Below are positions 19,478 to 27,934 of a stretch of DNA of 64,000 bases, in pieces. The DNA comes from Betaproteobacteria bacterium. Its GTDB lineage: Bacteria > Pseudomonadota > Gammaproteobacteria > Burkholderiales > SG8-41. The position numbers and the translations under genes were made by a program. Below the pieces are notes generated by a model, which searched no databases, was not told the origin of the DNA, and worked only from the letters and a program-made list of their open reading frames with translations. The stretch covers positions 4,499 through 68,498 of the forward strand of contig JACQOJ010000074.1 in NCBI GenBank assembly GCA_016202605.1, given 5' to 3'. How positions within the stretch are numbered: the stretch's first letter is position 1; the number at the start of each line of letters is the position of its first letter.

Positions 19478-20848
19478 GTGATCAGCATCTTTGATCTCTT
19501 CAAGATCGGCATTGGGCCATCGTCATCACACACCGTGGGCCCCATGAAGGCTGCTGGAGCTTTCATGAGCGCGCTCACGGCGGACGGAAGTGTCACTTCC
19601 ATCGCGCGCCTCAACGTGCGGCTGTTCGGTTCTCTCGCCTGGACGGGTAAGGGTCATGCCACCGACAAGGCCGTCACTTTGGGCCTGGCGGGGCGCGCGC
19701 CCGATACGGTCGATCCGGACGAAGCGGACGGCCTGTGGGTATCCGTACAGGTTTCAAATTATTTGCCGCTTCCCGGCGGCCGGAAAATCGATTTCAATCC
19801 GGCACGCGATTTCGTCTTCGATACTGCGGTTACGTTACCGCGTCATTCCAATGCGTTGAAATTATGCGCAACGGACGAGGCGGGGCGATTGGTAGCGGAA
19901 CAAGTGTGGTATTCCGTCGGCGGCGGCTTCATCGTACGGGACGGCGATGGCGAAGAGGTCTCCGCAGCCGTTACCGAAGCACCATTCCCGTTTCGGTCTG
20001 CCGAGGAACTTCTCGCAATGTGCCGCGAAGACGGTCGCTCCATAGCCGATGTCGTTCTGGCGAACGAGCTCTCGCTGCGCATGCGCCAGGAGATAGATGA
20101 CTATATCTCCCGGGTCGCCAATACCATGTTTTCGTGCATTGATAATGGAATGAGCGCCAAGGGCGTATTGCCGGGCGGACTTAAGGTGAGACGTCGTGCG
20201 CATGCGCTTTCCCAGCGATTAGAGGCCGATCGTCTCAGCAGCACACGCACGCCACATGACGTCATGGATTATGTCAGCATCTACGCCATTGCGGTGAACG
20301 AGGAAAACGCTGCCGGCAGGCGCGTCGTCACCGCGCCGACTAATGGTGGCGCCGGGGTAGTGCCAGCCGTGCTGCGATACTACCGCGATCACTGCCCGTC
20401 AGCGTCGACACAGGGGCTTGCAACCTTCCTCTTGGTCGCAACGGCGATCGGCGGACTTTTCAAAATGAACGCCTCGATCTCCGCGGCCGAAGTGGGCTGC
20501 CAGGGGGAGATCGGGGTCGCGTGTTCGATGGCGGCAGCCGGTCTTGCAGCCGCTCTTGGCGGTACAAACGAACAGATCGAGAACGCAGCCGAGATCGGCA
20601 TGGAGCACCATCTGGGCATGACCTGCGACCCGGTCGGCGGCCTGGTGCAAATTCCGTGCATCGAGCGCAACGCATTTGGCGCCGTAAAAGCCATCAATGC
20701 GGCCTCGCTCGCATTACGGGGGGACGGAGCGCATCATGTCAGCCTCGATCAGGTGATCACGACGATGCGTGATACCGGGGCCGATATGCAAGTCAAGTAC
20801 AAAGAGACGGCTCTTGGCGGGCTCGCGGTCAACGTGCCGAACTGCTGA
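19478..20848 (+). CDS. sdaA: L-serine ammonia-lyase, Fe-S dependent, single chain
   Basis: [41 protein letters not shown]. Confidence 0.95.
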   Translation: MISIFDLFKIGIGPSSSHTVGPMKAAGAFMSALTADGSVTSIARLNVRLFGSLAWTGKGHATDKAVTLGLAGRAPDTVDPDEADGLWVSVQVSNYLPLPGGRKIDFNPARDFVFDTAVTLPRHSNALKLCATDEAGRLVAEQVWYSVGGGFIVRDGDGEEVSAAVTEAPFPFRSAEELLAMCREDGRSIADVVLANELSLRMRQEIDDYISRVANTMFSCIDNGMSAKGVLPGGLKVRRRAHALSQRLEADRLSSTRTPHDVMDYVSIYAIAVNEENAAGRRVVTAPTNGGAGVVPAVLRYYRDHCPSASTQGLATFLLVATAIGGLFKMNASISAAEVGCQGEIGVACSMAAAGLAAALGGTNEQIENAAEIGMEHHLGMTCDPVGGLVQIPCIERNAFGAVKAINAASLALRGDGAHHVSLDQVITTMRDTGADMQVKYKETALGGLAVNVPNC

Positions 20849-20935
20849 GCAAATTCTGCCTTCCGGGCGAATGGACAGAGGCTGGACGGCAACTCAGAAA
20901 GCCGGATTCAAATATAACCTCGGAGGCGAGGAGCG

Positions 20936-22558
20936 ATGACTTTGGAAAACACGAAAAACGAAACTTTCCGCGAATTCCTGGAGCGCCTGCGGCAGGAGCA
21001 CGAACTCGTCGACATCAAACAGGCAATCGACATTCGCCATATCGCAACACTCGTCGATCAATCCGACAAGGCGCTGCTCTTCCATAATGTCATCGGCTAC
21101 AAGATCCCGGTCGTTTCCGGCATCTTCCGTAATCAGCAACGCACCGCCTTGTCGATGAGCTGCAGCAATTTCTCCGAGATCGAAGCCAGGCTGCGGCAAG
21201 CCATCGATCGCCCCATCCCGCCCGAATATCTCAAGAGCGCGCCCGGAAAGGAAGTTATCATCCTCGGTGACGATGTTGATCTCTTCAGCCTTCCGGTGCC
21301 TATATGTTCGATATCCGATGGCGGGCCGATGATCACCGCCGGCGTGGTGATGGCGCGTGATCCCGAATACGGCATCAATGCCGGTGTTTACCGTTTCCTG
21401 GTCAAGGAACGAAATATTACGGGCATCGACATCAACACGCCGAACAACCTGCGGCTGTTCGCCCAGCGGGCGCTCGAAAGCGGGCGCTCGTGCCCGATCT
21501 CGATCTCCATCGGGACCCACCCGTTCGACATCATGGGGGCGGGTTATCGCGCCCCGCTGGGGGTCGATGAGATGGGGCTCGCCGGCGGCCTGCGGGGAGC
21601 ACCCTCACGACTCGCGCCGTGTGAAACCGTGGACGTGCCGTGCGTCGCCGATGCCGAATTCGTGCTCGAGGCCGAAATTCTGCCGACCGGATGGGTGTGG
21701 CCGGAAGGACGTTTCGGAGAATTTACCCGACTGATGGGGGGCTTGCACTGGAATCCGCTGGTCAAGATCAAGGCGATCACGCATCGGCGCGACCCGATCT
21801 ACTACTCCCTGCACATGCCATGGGAAAACACCTGGGTCGGTGCCCCGACCCGCTATGCGGCGATCCGTGCCGCACTCAAGAATGCCGGCGTGCAGGTGAA
21901 GGACATCAATGTCACCATCGGCGGCTGCGCAATGTGGCACGCCGTGATTTCCGTGAAAAAGCAGGCCGGTGAAGGCAAGAACGCCCTGCTGGCCGCGCTG
22001 TCCGTGATGGACCTGAAGCATGCCGTCGTGGTCGACGACGATATCGATGTGTTCGATCCGATCGACGTCGAATGGGCGATCGCGACTCGCGTCCAGGGCG
22101 ACCGCGACGTATTCGTCATTCCGGGCGCGCGTGCCAAGCCACTCGATCCCAGCCTCCCGGTGGTCCCTCCCGGCACCGTGCCAACCGGCGCAAAGGTCGG
22201 CATCGATGCCACCATCGGCGAAGGCATTCCACGCGAGCGCTTCGAGCGCATCGCCTACGCCTACGCAGAAAGCGCCAAGCTCAACGAGTACCTCGCGGGC
22301 AAAGGTGACCGGTTGCCGGCAATCGTAAATGCGCCGTCGGACCAGGTGTCACAGCTCGCACAGAAGATCCATGCGCTGATCGAGAAAACGCCGGGCTATT
22401 ACTCCGAGATCGCAGAGCAGTTTTCCGACTATGACTTCCAGTCGATCGCGCGCGCGCTCGGAAAGCTGCATGCCGAAGAGAAATTGTGGCAGGATCCACG
22501 CGGCCGCCTGTGCATCCGGGGTTCTGCATTCGCCGCCAAACCTCCGATGAAGAGCTGA
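20936..22558 (+). CDS. UbiD family decarboxylase with C-terminal extension
   Basis: DGGPMIT, GVYRF, EGRFGEF, VVDDDID, KVGIDAT, followed by more than 100 extra residues. Confidence 0.9.
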   Translation: MTLENTKNETFREFLERLRQEHELVDIKQAIDIRHIATLVDQSDKALLFHNVIGYKIPVVSGIFRNQQRTALSMSCSNFSEIEARLRQAIDRPIPPEYLKSAPGKEVIILGDDVDLFSLPVPICSISDGGPMITAGVVMARDPEYGINAGVYRFLVKERNITGIDINTPNNLRLFAQRALESGRSCPISISIGTHPFDIMGAGYRAPLGVDEMGLAGGLRGAPSRLAPCETVDVPCVADAEFVLEAEILPTGWVWPEGRFGEFTRLMGGLHWNPLVKIKAITHRRDPIYYSLHMPWENTWVGAPTRYAAIRAALKNAGVQVKDINVTIGGCAMWHAVISVKKQAGEGKNALLAALSVMDLKHAVVVDDDIDVFDPIDVEWAIATRVQGDRDVFVIPGARAKPLDPSLPVVPPGTVPTGAKVGIDATIGEGIPRERFERIAYAYAESAKLNEYLAGKGDRLPAIVNAPSDQVSQLAQKIHALIEKTPGYYSEIAEQFSDYDFQSIARALGKLHAEEKLWQDPRGRLCIRGSAFAAKPPMKS

Positions 22559-22714
22559 CACATGGGTGGTCGTCTGACGCGCGCGGAGATGCGACCTGCG
22601 GGTCGGGCGGCGGCCTCACGCGACCCCGCGAAGGGGGTTGCCTGTCTTGGCATCCGTGGCCGTGCGGTGTTTCGCGGCATGCCCATTAATCATCGCTCAT
22701 GACGCGCGGCGCCG

Positions 22715-23446
22715 ATGTCAGGTCTCGAAGTCCTCGTCTTCGCGCCGCTGATCGTCCTGCTTGCCAACATCGTCTTCAGCATCTCCGGATTCGGGCTGAC
22801 GCTTATCGCAATTCCCCTGCTCGCCCACCTCTTCCCGATCAAATTCGTGATCCCGATGGTGGTGCTGCTCGACGTCGTGTCCTCGCTGAAACAGGCCACG
22901 AAACTGCGCAGCGGCATCTACAGGGAGGAACTCGTGCCACTGCTGCCATTCATGCTGGTCGGCATGGTCGCGGGCGCATTCCTCCTCATCCGCCTTCCGG
23001 CGGAAACCCTTCTGCTGGTCCTGGGAATCCTGGTTCTGTGCTATGGCGTCTACTATCTGCTGCGCCACGATTCCGCCTTTCCGCTTGCCCGCTGGACCGT
23101 GGGTCCGATCGGACTGTTCGGGGGCACGATATCCGCCCTCTTCGGCGTCGGCGCACCGCTTTACGTAATGTATCTCACCGGGCGTGGCGCGACCCCCGAT
23201 CACATCCGCGCCACCATGCCAGTCATTTTCAGCTTCACGACCGTGGGGCGCATCTTGCTGTTCGCCGCGACCGGACTCTTCACCGGGGAAATCCTGCTCG
23301 CTGCGGCCTTGCTGGTGCCGGCGATGCTGCTCGGCCTCCATTGCGGCAACCGGCTGCACCTTAACCTGTCACGCGATCACCTGGTCCGCATCATCGGCGG
23401 GCTGTTGATCCTGAGCGGAATCTCGCTGCTGTTGCGCGCGATGTAA
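22715..23446 (+). CDS. TauE/SafE family sulfite/anion exporter
   Basis: About 8 hydrophobic segments, SGFG motif. Confidence 0.88.
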   Translation: MSGLEVLVFAPLIVLLANIVFSISGFGLTLIAIPLLAHLFPIKFVIPMVVLLDVVSSLKQATKLRSGIYREELVPLLPFMLVGMVAGAFLLIRLPAETLLLVLGILVLCYGVYYLLRHDSAFPLARWTVGPIGLFGGTISALFGVGAPLYVMYLTGRGATPDHIRATMPVIFSFTTVGRILLFAATGLFTGEILLAAALLVPAMLLGLHCGNRLHLNLSRDHLVRIIGGLLILSGISLLLRAM

Positions 23447-23481
23447 TTCGTCTCGCGCATCTCGCGGATGCTGGCGCAATT

Positions 23482-23871
23482 TCAACGGTCGCGATAATCG
23501 CCGCGCCCGGCCGGGTATTGTTTTTCCCACTCCCGCCCATTGCTCTGCTCCACGGCCATCTCTTCGACCGTGCCCTCGTCGAGACACCGCGCGTTCACGC
23601 TGAACCCGTCCGGGTGCGAGCGCGGCACGTAAAAGGACTTGATACCGCACACCGAGCAGAACAGATGCTGCGCGGTACGGGTGTTGAAACTGTAGGAAGT
23701 CAGCACTTCGCACCCGCTGAGAAGGGTAAAACGATCCGCGGGAACGACAAGATGAAGGTAGCCGGACTTGCCGCAGATCGAGCAGTTGCACTCGGAGACG
23801 CGGATTTTCGCCGGCGCCAAAACCTCGAAGCGCACGCGGCCACAGTGGCAACCGCCGGTGTGCCTGACCAT
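23482..23871 (-). CDS. GFA/CENP-V family zinc protein
   Basis: GGCHCG, CNCSIC, FCSVCGI. GGAG RBS. Confidence 0.92.
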   Translation of the reverse strand: MVRHTGGCHCGRVRFEVLAPAKIRVSECNCSICGKSGYLHLVVPADRFTLLSGCEVLTSYSFNTRTAQHLFCSVCGIKSFYVPRSHPDGFSVNARCLDEGTVEEMAVEQSNGREWEKQYPAGRGDYRDR

Positions 23872-23882
23872 GAATGCTCCCT

Positions 23883-24329
23883 TTACGCCGCGGTGCTCAC
23901 GTCCACCCGGACATCCGGCGTCGCAACTGCGACGCTGCCGTAGAGTGGTCACCGGCCCTTGAACTTGTCGATGAGCGCGGAACTTTGCGCCTCCGTCACG
24001 CCCGCGAGCCGGAACCGCAGATGCACGGAGTTGAAAACGGAGACGTCTCGCCGCACCGGATTGCTGCGATCGAGCGTGCCGGCAATCTCCACCTCGACCC
24101 CGCGCAACGGAACCTGGTCGGCCCTGGCAAAGGATTGCAGGAGCTCCACCCCGCAGGCGGCGATGCCGGTGAGGAAAAGCTCGGCGGGCGTGACCGCCTC
24201 ACCGGGGCAGCCATTCTGGACCGGGCCGTCGACAATGAAGTGGTGGTTGCGGGTGTTGCACAGCACCCGCCCGAAGGTGTCGGTCGAGCGCGCGTTGACT
24301 GCGTAGCTCCGAACTTCGCCTTGTGCCAT
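23883..24329 (-). CDS. OsmC/Ohr-like protein, predicted selenoprotein (Sec at TGA 23949-23951)
   Basis: TPAELFLTGIAAC (first Cys). In-frame readthrough gives KGR-U-PLYGSVAVATPDVRVDVSTAA-TAA, matching the second C-P motif of the OsmC family. Confidence 0.85.
23918..23935 (-). promoter_or_regulatory. SECIS-like hairpin of the OsmC-like gene
   Basis: GCGUCGC-AGUU-GCGACGC, beginning 13 nt after the UGA. Confidence 0.7.
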
Positions 24330-24352
24330 TTCATTTCCCCCATCGCTTTTCT

Positions 24353-24424
24353 GTGTCATGCCCGCGAAGGCGGGCATCCAACGTGCCGACCGCAATTAGA
24401 TTCCCGACTGCTCGGGAATGACAC
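24353..24424. repeat. REP-like palindrome (GTCATGCCCG/GTCATTCCCG...CGGGAATGAC family)
   Basis: GTGTCATGCCCGCGAAGGCGGGCATCCAA...ATTCCCG...CGGGAATGACAC. The same family recurs in at least eight clusters. Confidence 0.8.
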
Positions 24425-24584
24425 AGTAGATATAGTCTTGGTGTCCAGAAAATGCTAAACCCATATCCCGGCATATACAAGTTCTCGCCGATGAACGTGC
24501 CTTCGGTGGCAGATTGATGCGAAGCTGTTACGGCCATGGTGTCAGCGGCTCCTATAATATCGGCGTGACTTTGGTGAGGCACCC

Positions 24585-25487
24585 ATGACCCGCTCGAAGC
24601 TCCTTCTCGCGCCCGGTACGCTTTGGCCGGCGCTCGAGCGCGCGACGCGCCATGCGCTCGCATGCGGTGCGATGCAGCCCATCGAGACCGAGCAGGAAGT
24701 CGTGGAGGATGCCGGCGTGCGTTTCCTCGTGCGCCGGGTGTCGAGCCTCGCGCGCAAGGAACTCGAACGGCGCCGGCGCATCGAGAGCCCGGTGAATCCA
24801 TTCCTGCCTCACGAGCCCGATCTGTTTGTTGCGGAGGTGTCGGCGACACACGTCGCGCTTCTCAACAAGTTCAACGTCATCGACCGGCATCTGCTCATCG
24901 TGACGCGGCGTTTCGTGCACCAGGAGACGCTGCTCGACCGCGACGATCTCGCCGCGCTTCTCGCCTGCATGGCCGGGCACGAGGCGCTCGGTTTTTACAA
25001 CGGCGGGGTTACCGCGGGGGCGAGCCAGCCGCACAAGCACCTGCAGATGGTGCCGCTGCCGCTTGGCGAGGGAGGGACGCTTACCCCGATCGATGCGCTG
25101 CTCGACACGGTGCCGCACCGGCCGGGGTTCTGCACCGTACCGCGCCTCCCCTTCCGGCACACGTTCGCGTGGCTCGAACCCGCGCTCCCCGGCGATCCGC
25201 TCAAGGCCGCGGCGCGGCTCGAGGCGCTTTACCTCGCGGCGCTCGCACATATCGGCGTGATGGCGGTTGAGGGCGAGGGCGAGCACCGGCAGTCCGCGCC
25301 CTACAACCTGCTGGTAACACGCCGCTGGCTGCTCGCGGTGCCGCGGACACGCGAGCACTTCGATTCCATCTCGATCAACGCCCTCGGGTTTGCGGGTTCG
25401 CTCTTCGTGCGCGACGAAGCCCAGTTCGCCGCAGTGAAGCGCGCCGGGCCGATGGCGGTGCTGCGCGCCGTGGTGGAGTCTGCTTGA
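24585..25487 (+). CDS. ATP adenylyltransferase / Ap4A phosphorylase II family
   Basis: NPFLP, LLNKF, FYNGG..AGASQPHKHLQ, INALGFAG. Confidence 0.92.
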   Translation: MTRSKLLLAPGTLWPALERATRHALACGAMQPIETEQEVVEDAGVRFLVRRVSSLARKELERRRRIESPVNPFLPHEPDLFVAEVSATHVALLNKFNVIDRHLLIVTRRFVHQETLLDRDDLAALLACMAGHEALGFYNGGVTAGASQPHKHLQMVPLPLGEGGTLTPIDALLDTVPHRPGFCTVPRLPFRHTFAWLEPALPGDPLKAAARLEALYLAALAHIGVMAVEGEGEHRQSAPYNLLVTRRWLLAVPRTREHFDSISINALGFAGSLFVRDEAQFAAVKRAGPMAVLRAVVESA

Positions 25488-25555
25488 CGCCGGCATGTTT
25501 ACTTCATGAATCCGGAGACCTTCGAGCAGCAAGGCTCCGCGAGCGATACATCCGG

Positions 25556-25616
25556 CTACGCCGCCGTGCTCACGTCCACTCGGATATCCAGCGTCGCAAC
25601 CGCGATGCGGCAGTGG
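25556..25616 (-). pseudogene. Degenerate copy of the 3' end of the OsmC-like gene
   Basis: Encodes IAVATLDIRVDVSTAA-TAG versus VAVATPDVRVDVSTAA-TAA at 23883-23933. Confidence 0.75.
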
Positions 25617-25634
25617 AGCGATCATCCGAAGCCG

Positions 25635-25997
25635 CTATACGAAGTCCTTGATGAATTCGTAGTATGACCGCGCGCCATACTCGGAATGCCTGATCACTGA
25701 ACGCCTGATCTTCTCGATCCTGTTGAGGTACTCCTGGAGCGTGAGGTTGTTCACTATTCCGACGCGCTCCGTGCCGACCCAGACGCACCAATCGATAATT
25801 CCTTTCGCGAGCGGATGATCGGTGACCCTTTCGTTCTTCGCATATCCGAACTGTTTCTTTACGGCCACCTTGGCATTATCAAGCGCAAAAATGCAGACGG
25901 TGTCCGTGAGATCAGGATTGAGCTCGTATTGCTTCTTGAGACCGACTTCGATGTTCTGGAAAACATCGAGGTGTTCATCGTCATTGAGGTCCTTCAT
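25635..25997 (-). CDS. Hypothetical protein (120 aa, predicted helical)
   Basis: Protein-like composition, visibly lower GC than the flanks, no recognised motif. Confidence 0.7.
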   Translation of the reverse strand: MKDLNDDEHLDVFQNIEVGLKKQYELNPDLTDTVCIFALDNAKVAVKKQFGYAKNERVTDHPLAKGIIDWCVWVGTERVGIVNNLTLQEYLNRIEKIRRSVIRHSEYGARSYYEFIKDFV

Positions 25998-26007
25998 GCA
26001 GTTGCCT

Positions 26008-26130
26008 TCAATACCCGGCGGCTTCTTCCATCAAGAGTTCCGCGGGCGCCACGGATCGGAGTTCGTGCATCATCATTTTTCGTCAATGATGGTCCGCGAT
26101 TTCGATGTGCCGAGCGCCTGCGTCCGTGCT
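26008..26130 (-). pseudogene. HigB C-terminal and HigA N-terminal remnants (decayed toxin-antitoxin pair)
   Basis: ...TDAGARHIEIADHH* resembles the HigB ending (VEIVDYH). It is followed within a few nt by MMMHELRSVAPAELLMEE, resembling the HigA start (PxHPGEILxEE), which stops after 22 aa. Confidence 0.55.
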
Positions 26131-26155
26131 ACCGGCGGTACCGGTCTTGCGCCCC

Positions 26156-26326
26156 TCAACGACGCGCTGTGCGGCAGGCCACGAGATCAATAGACTCGGT
26201 TTTTGCGCGTTCGAGGCCGCGTTTAACTTTCTCGAGAACGTACAAATGATACTGAATGTCCTCGTAGCTCGCGTCGTCCGGCAGCTTTCCCAACAACGCG
26301 CGTACTTCGTCTTTCGGGCTGCCCAT
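26156..26326 (-). pseudogene. Small antitoxin-like protein with divergent or truncated C-terminus
   Basis: GGAGG RBS. MGSPKDEVRALLGKLPDDASYEDIQYHLYVLEKVKRGL resembles small proteins found upstream of RelE/ParE toxins; no cognate toxin follows. Confidence 0.55.
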
Positions 26327-26349
26327 ATCGCCTCCAAACGTGTGATTCG

Positions 26350-26509
26350 ATGCAACAGCACACTCGACACACAAGGGCTTCTCCTTTTCCATCCGCAGAA
26401 AGTCGCCCTTCGACAGTTCCGCTCCGCATTCCGAGCACACGGATGCTTTGAGTATCGAGAAGACAACCACGTCCTCTGCGGGCGCGGCCTTGCTCCGGCG
26501 CGTTTCCAT
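26350..26509 (-). pseudogene. N-terminal zinc-finger fragment, DUF2293-protein-like
   Basis: VVFSILKASVCSECGAELSKGDFLRMEKEKPLCVEC (CxxC...CxxC), then runs into unrelated sequence. Confidence 0.5.
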
Positions 26510-26516
26510 TTACTCC

Positions 26517-27671
26517 TCAGCGAAGAAACTCGCCGATGCGACGTACGCCCTCCTGCAACCGCTCGACTGAACTGGTGTAGGCGAAGCGCACGTGGGCGTG
26601 GGGCGTGTTCGCGCCGAAGTCGATGCCGGGCGTGATGGCCACACCGGCCCGTTCGAGCAGGTCGCGGGCGAACGCGAAGCTGTCCCGCGTGAGCGCGCTG
26701 CAGCCGGCATAAATGTAGAAGGCGCCCTGCGGCGTCTGCGGAATGTCGAAACCGAGCGCGCGCAATGCCGGCACGAGGTAATCCCGACGCGCCTTGAACT
26801 CGGCGCGACGGGCTTCGAGTATGGCGAGCGTCTCCGGCCGGAACGCCGCCAGCGCCGCGAGTTGCGCCGGCGTCGGCGCGGCGAGAAAGATGTTCTGCGC
26901 GAGCTTGTCGATCTCGCGCATGTAACGCTCCGGCACCACCATCCAGCCCACGCGCCAGCCGGTCATGTTGAAGTACTTGGAGAAACTGTTGATTACGAAC
27001 ACGTCGTCGGCGAGCGCAAGTGCGGTGGTCGCCTCCGTGTCGTACACGAGGCCGTGATAGATTTCGTCCACGATGAGCGTGCCGCCGCGACGGGTCGCGA
27101 ACGCGGCCATCGCTTTCAGTTGCCCGGCGGAAACCAGCGTCCCGGTCGGATTCGACGGCGAGGCGACGATCGCAGCCACCGCGCGAGAGCCCCAGTGCTG
27201 TTCGATCAACTCGGGCGTGAGCTGGTAGTTGCTGTCGGCGCCCACCGCGACCGCCACCGGCTCGCCTTCCAGCAGCCGCACGAAATGCCGGTTGCAGGGA
27301 TAGCCGGGGTCGGCGACCAGCACTTCCTCGCCGGGATTGACGAGCGCGCCCAGCGCCAGCAGCAGCGCGCCGGATGAGCCGGTGGTCACGATGATGCGCG
27401 AAGGCGGGATCTCCACGCCGTAGCGGGAATGATAGAACCCGGAGATCGCGTCGCGCAGCGCCGGCAGGCCGAGCGCCGGCGTATAGAACAGTTCGCCCTT
27501 CTCCAGCGCCGCAATGCCCGCTTCGCAGATCGGCCGCGGTGTGGGGAAATCCGGCTCGCCGATTTCCATGTGGATGATCGAGCGACCCTGCGCTTCCAGC
27601 TCGCGCGCGCGGGCGAGGATCTCCATCACGCGGAAGGGCGCGATGTCCCCCATGCGCGCGGCGAGATGCAC
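26517..27671 (-). CDS. PLP-dependent aminotransferase class I/II
   Basis: IGEPDF, SPSNPTG, VDEIY, NSFSKYFNMTGWRVG. Start GTG 27671 or ATG 27653. Confidence 0.92.
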   Translation of the reverse strand: MHLAARMGDIAPFRVMEILARARELEAQGRSIIHMEIGEPDFPTPRPICEAGIAALEKGELFYTPALGLPALRDAISGFYHSRYGVEIPPSRIIVTTGSSGALLLALGALVNPGEEVLVADPGYPCNRHFVRLLEGEPVAVAVGADSNYQLTPELIEQHWGSRAVAAIVASPSNPTGTLVSAGQLKAMAAFATRRGGTLIVDEIYHGLVYDTEATTALALADDVFVINSFSKYFNMTGWRVGWMVVPERYMREIDKLAQNIFLAAPTPAQLAALAAFRPETLAILEARRAEFKARRDYLVPALRALGFDIPQTPQGAFYIYAGCSALTRDSFAFARDLLERAGVAITPGIDFGANTPHAHVRFAYTSSVERLQEGVRRIGEFLR

Positions 27672-27770
27672 GTCTTTAGGATGCCCGTCACACGGGCATG
27701 ACACAAAGCGCCTGCGCGGCCACGACAGGCCTGTGTCATTCCCGAGAAGCCTGTCCTCCGAATTTTCCAT

Positions 27771-27830
27771 CTCTGTGATCTCTGTGGCAAAAAATCAAAA
27801 CAAGCCACAGAGCACACAGAGTTCACGGAG
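27771..27830. repeat. Inverted pair of 9-mer arrays (CTCTGTGRY / RCCACAGAG-like)
   Basis: CTCTGTGAT CTCTGTGGC facing GCCACAGAG CACACAGAG TTCACGGAG, adjacent to a GTCATTCCCG element. Confidence 0.7.
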
Positions 27831-27934
27831 AGCAGCCCCGCTCCCGCGTTGCAGTCGGCCCCGGTATTTTCGATCTCTGTGGCTTAAATACAAGGAACTT
27901 GATCCTGCTGGCGTCACTCGGCGTCAATCGGCGG

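Noticed and set aside
25500-26510. Integron cassette array
   Set aside because: No integrase and no convincing attC sites were identified by eye.
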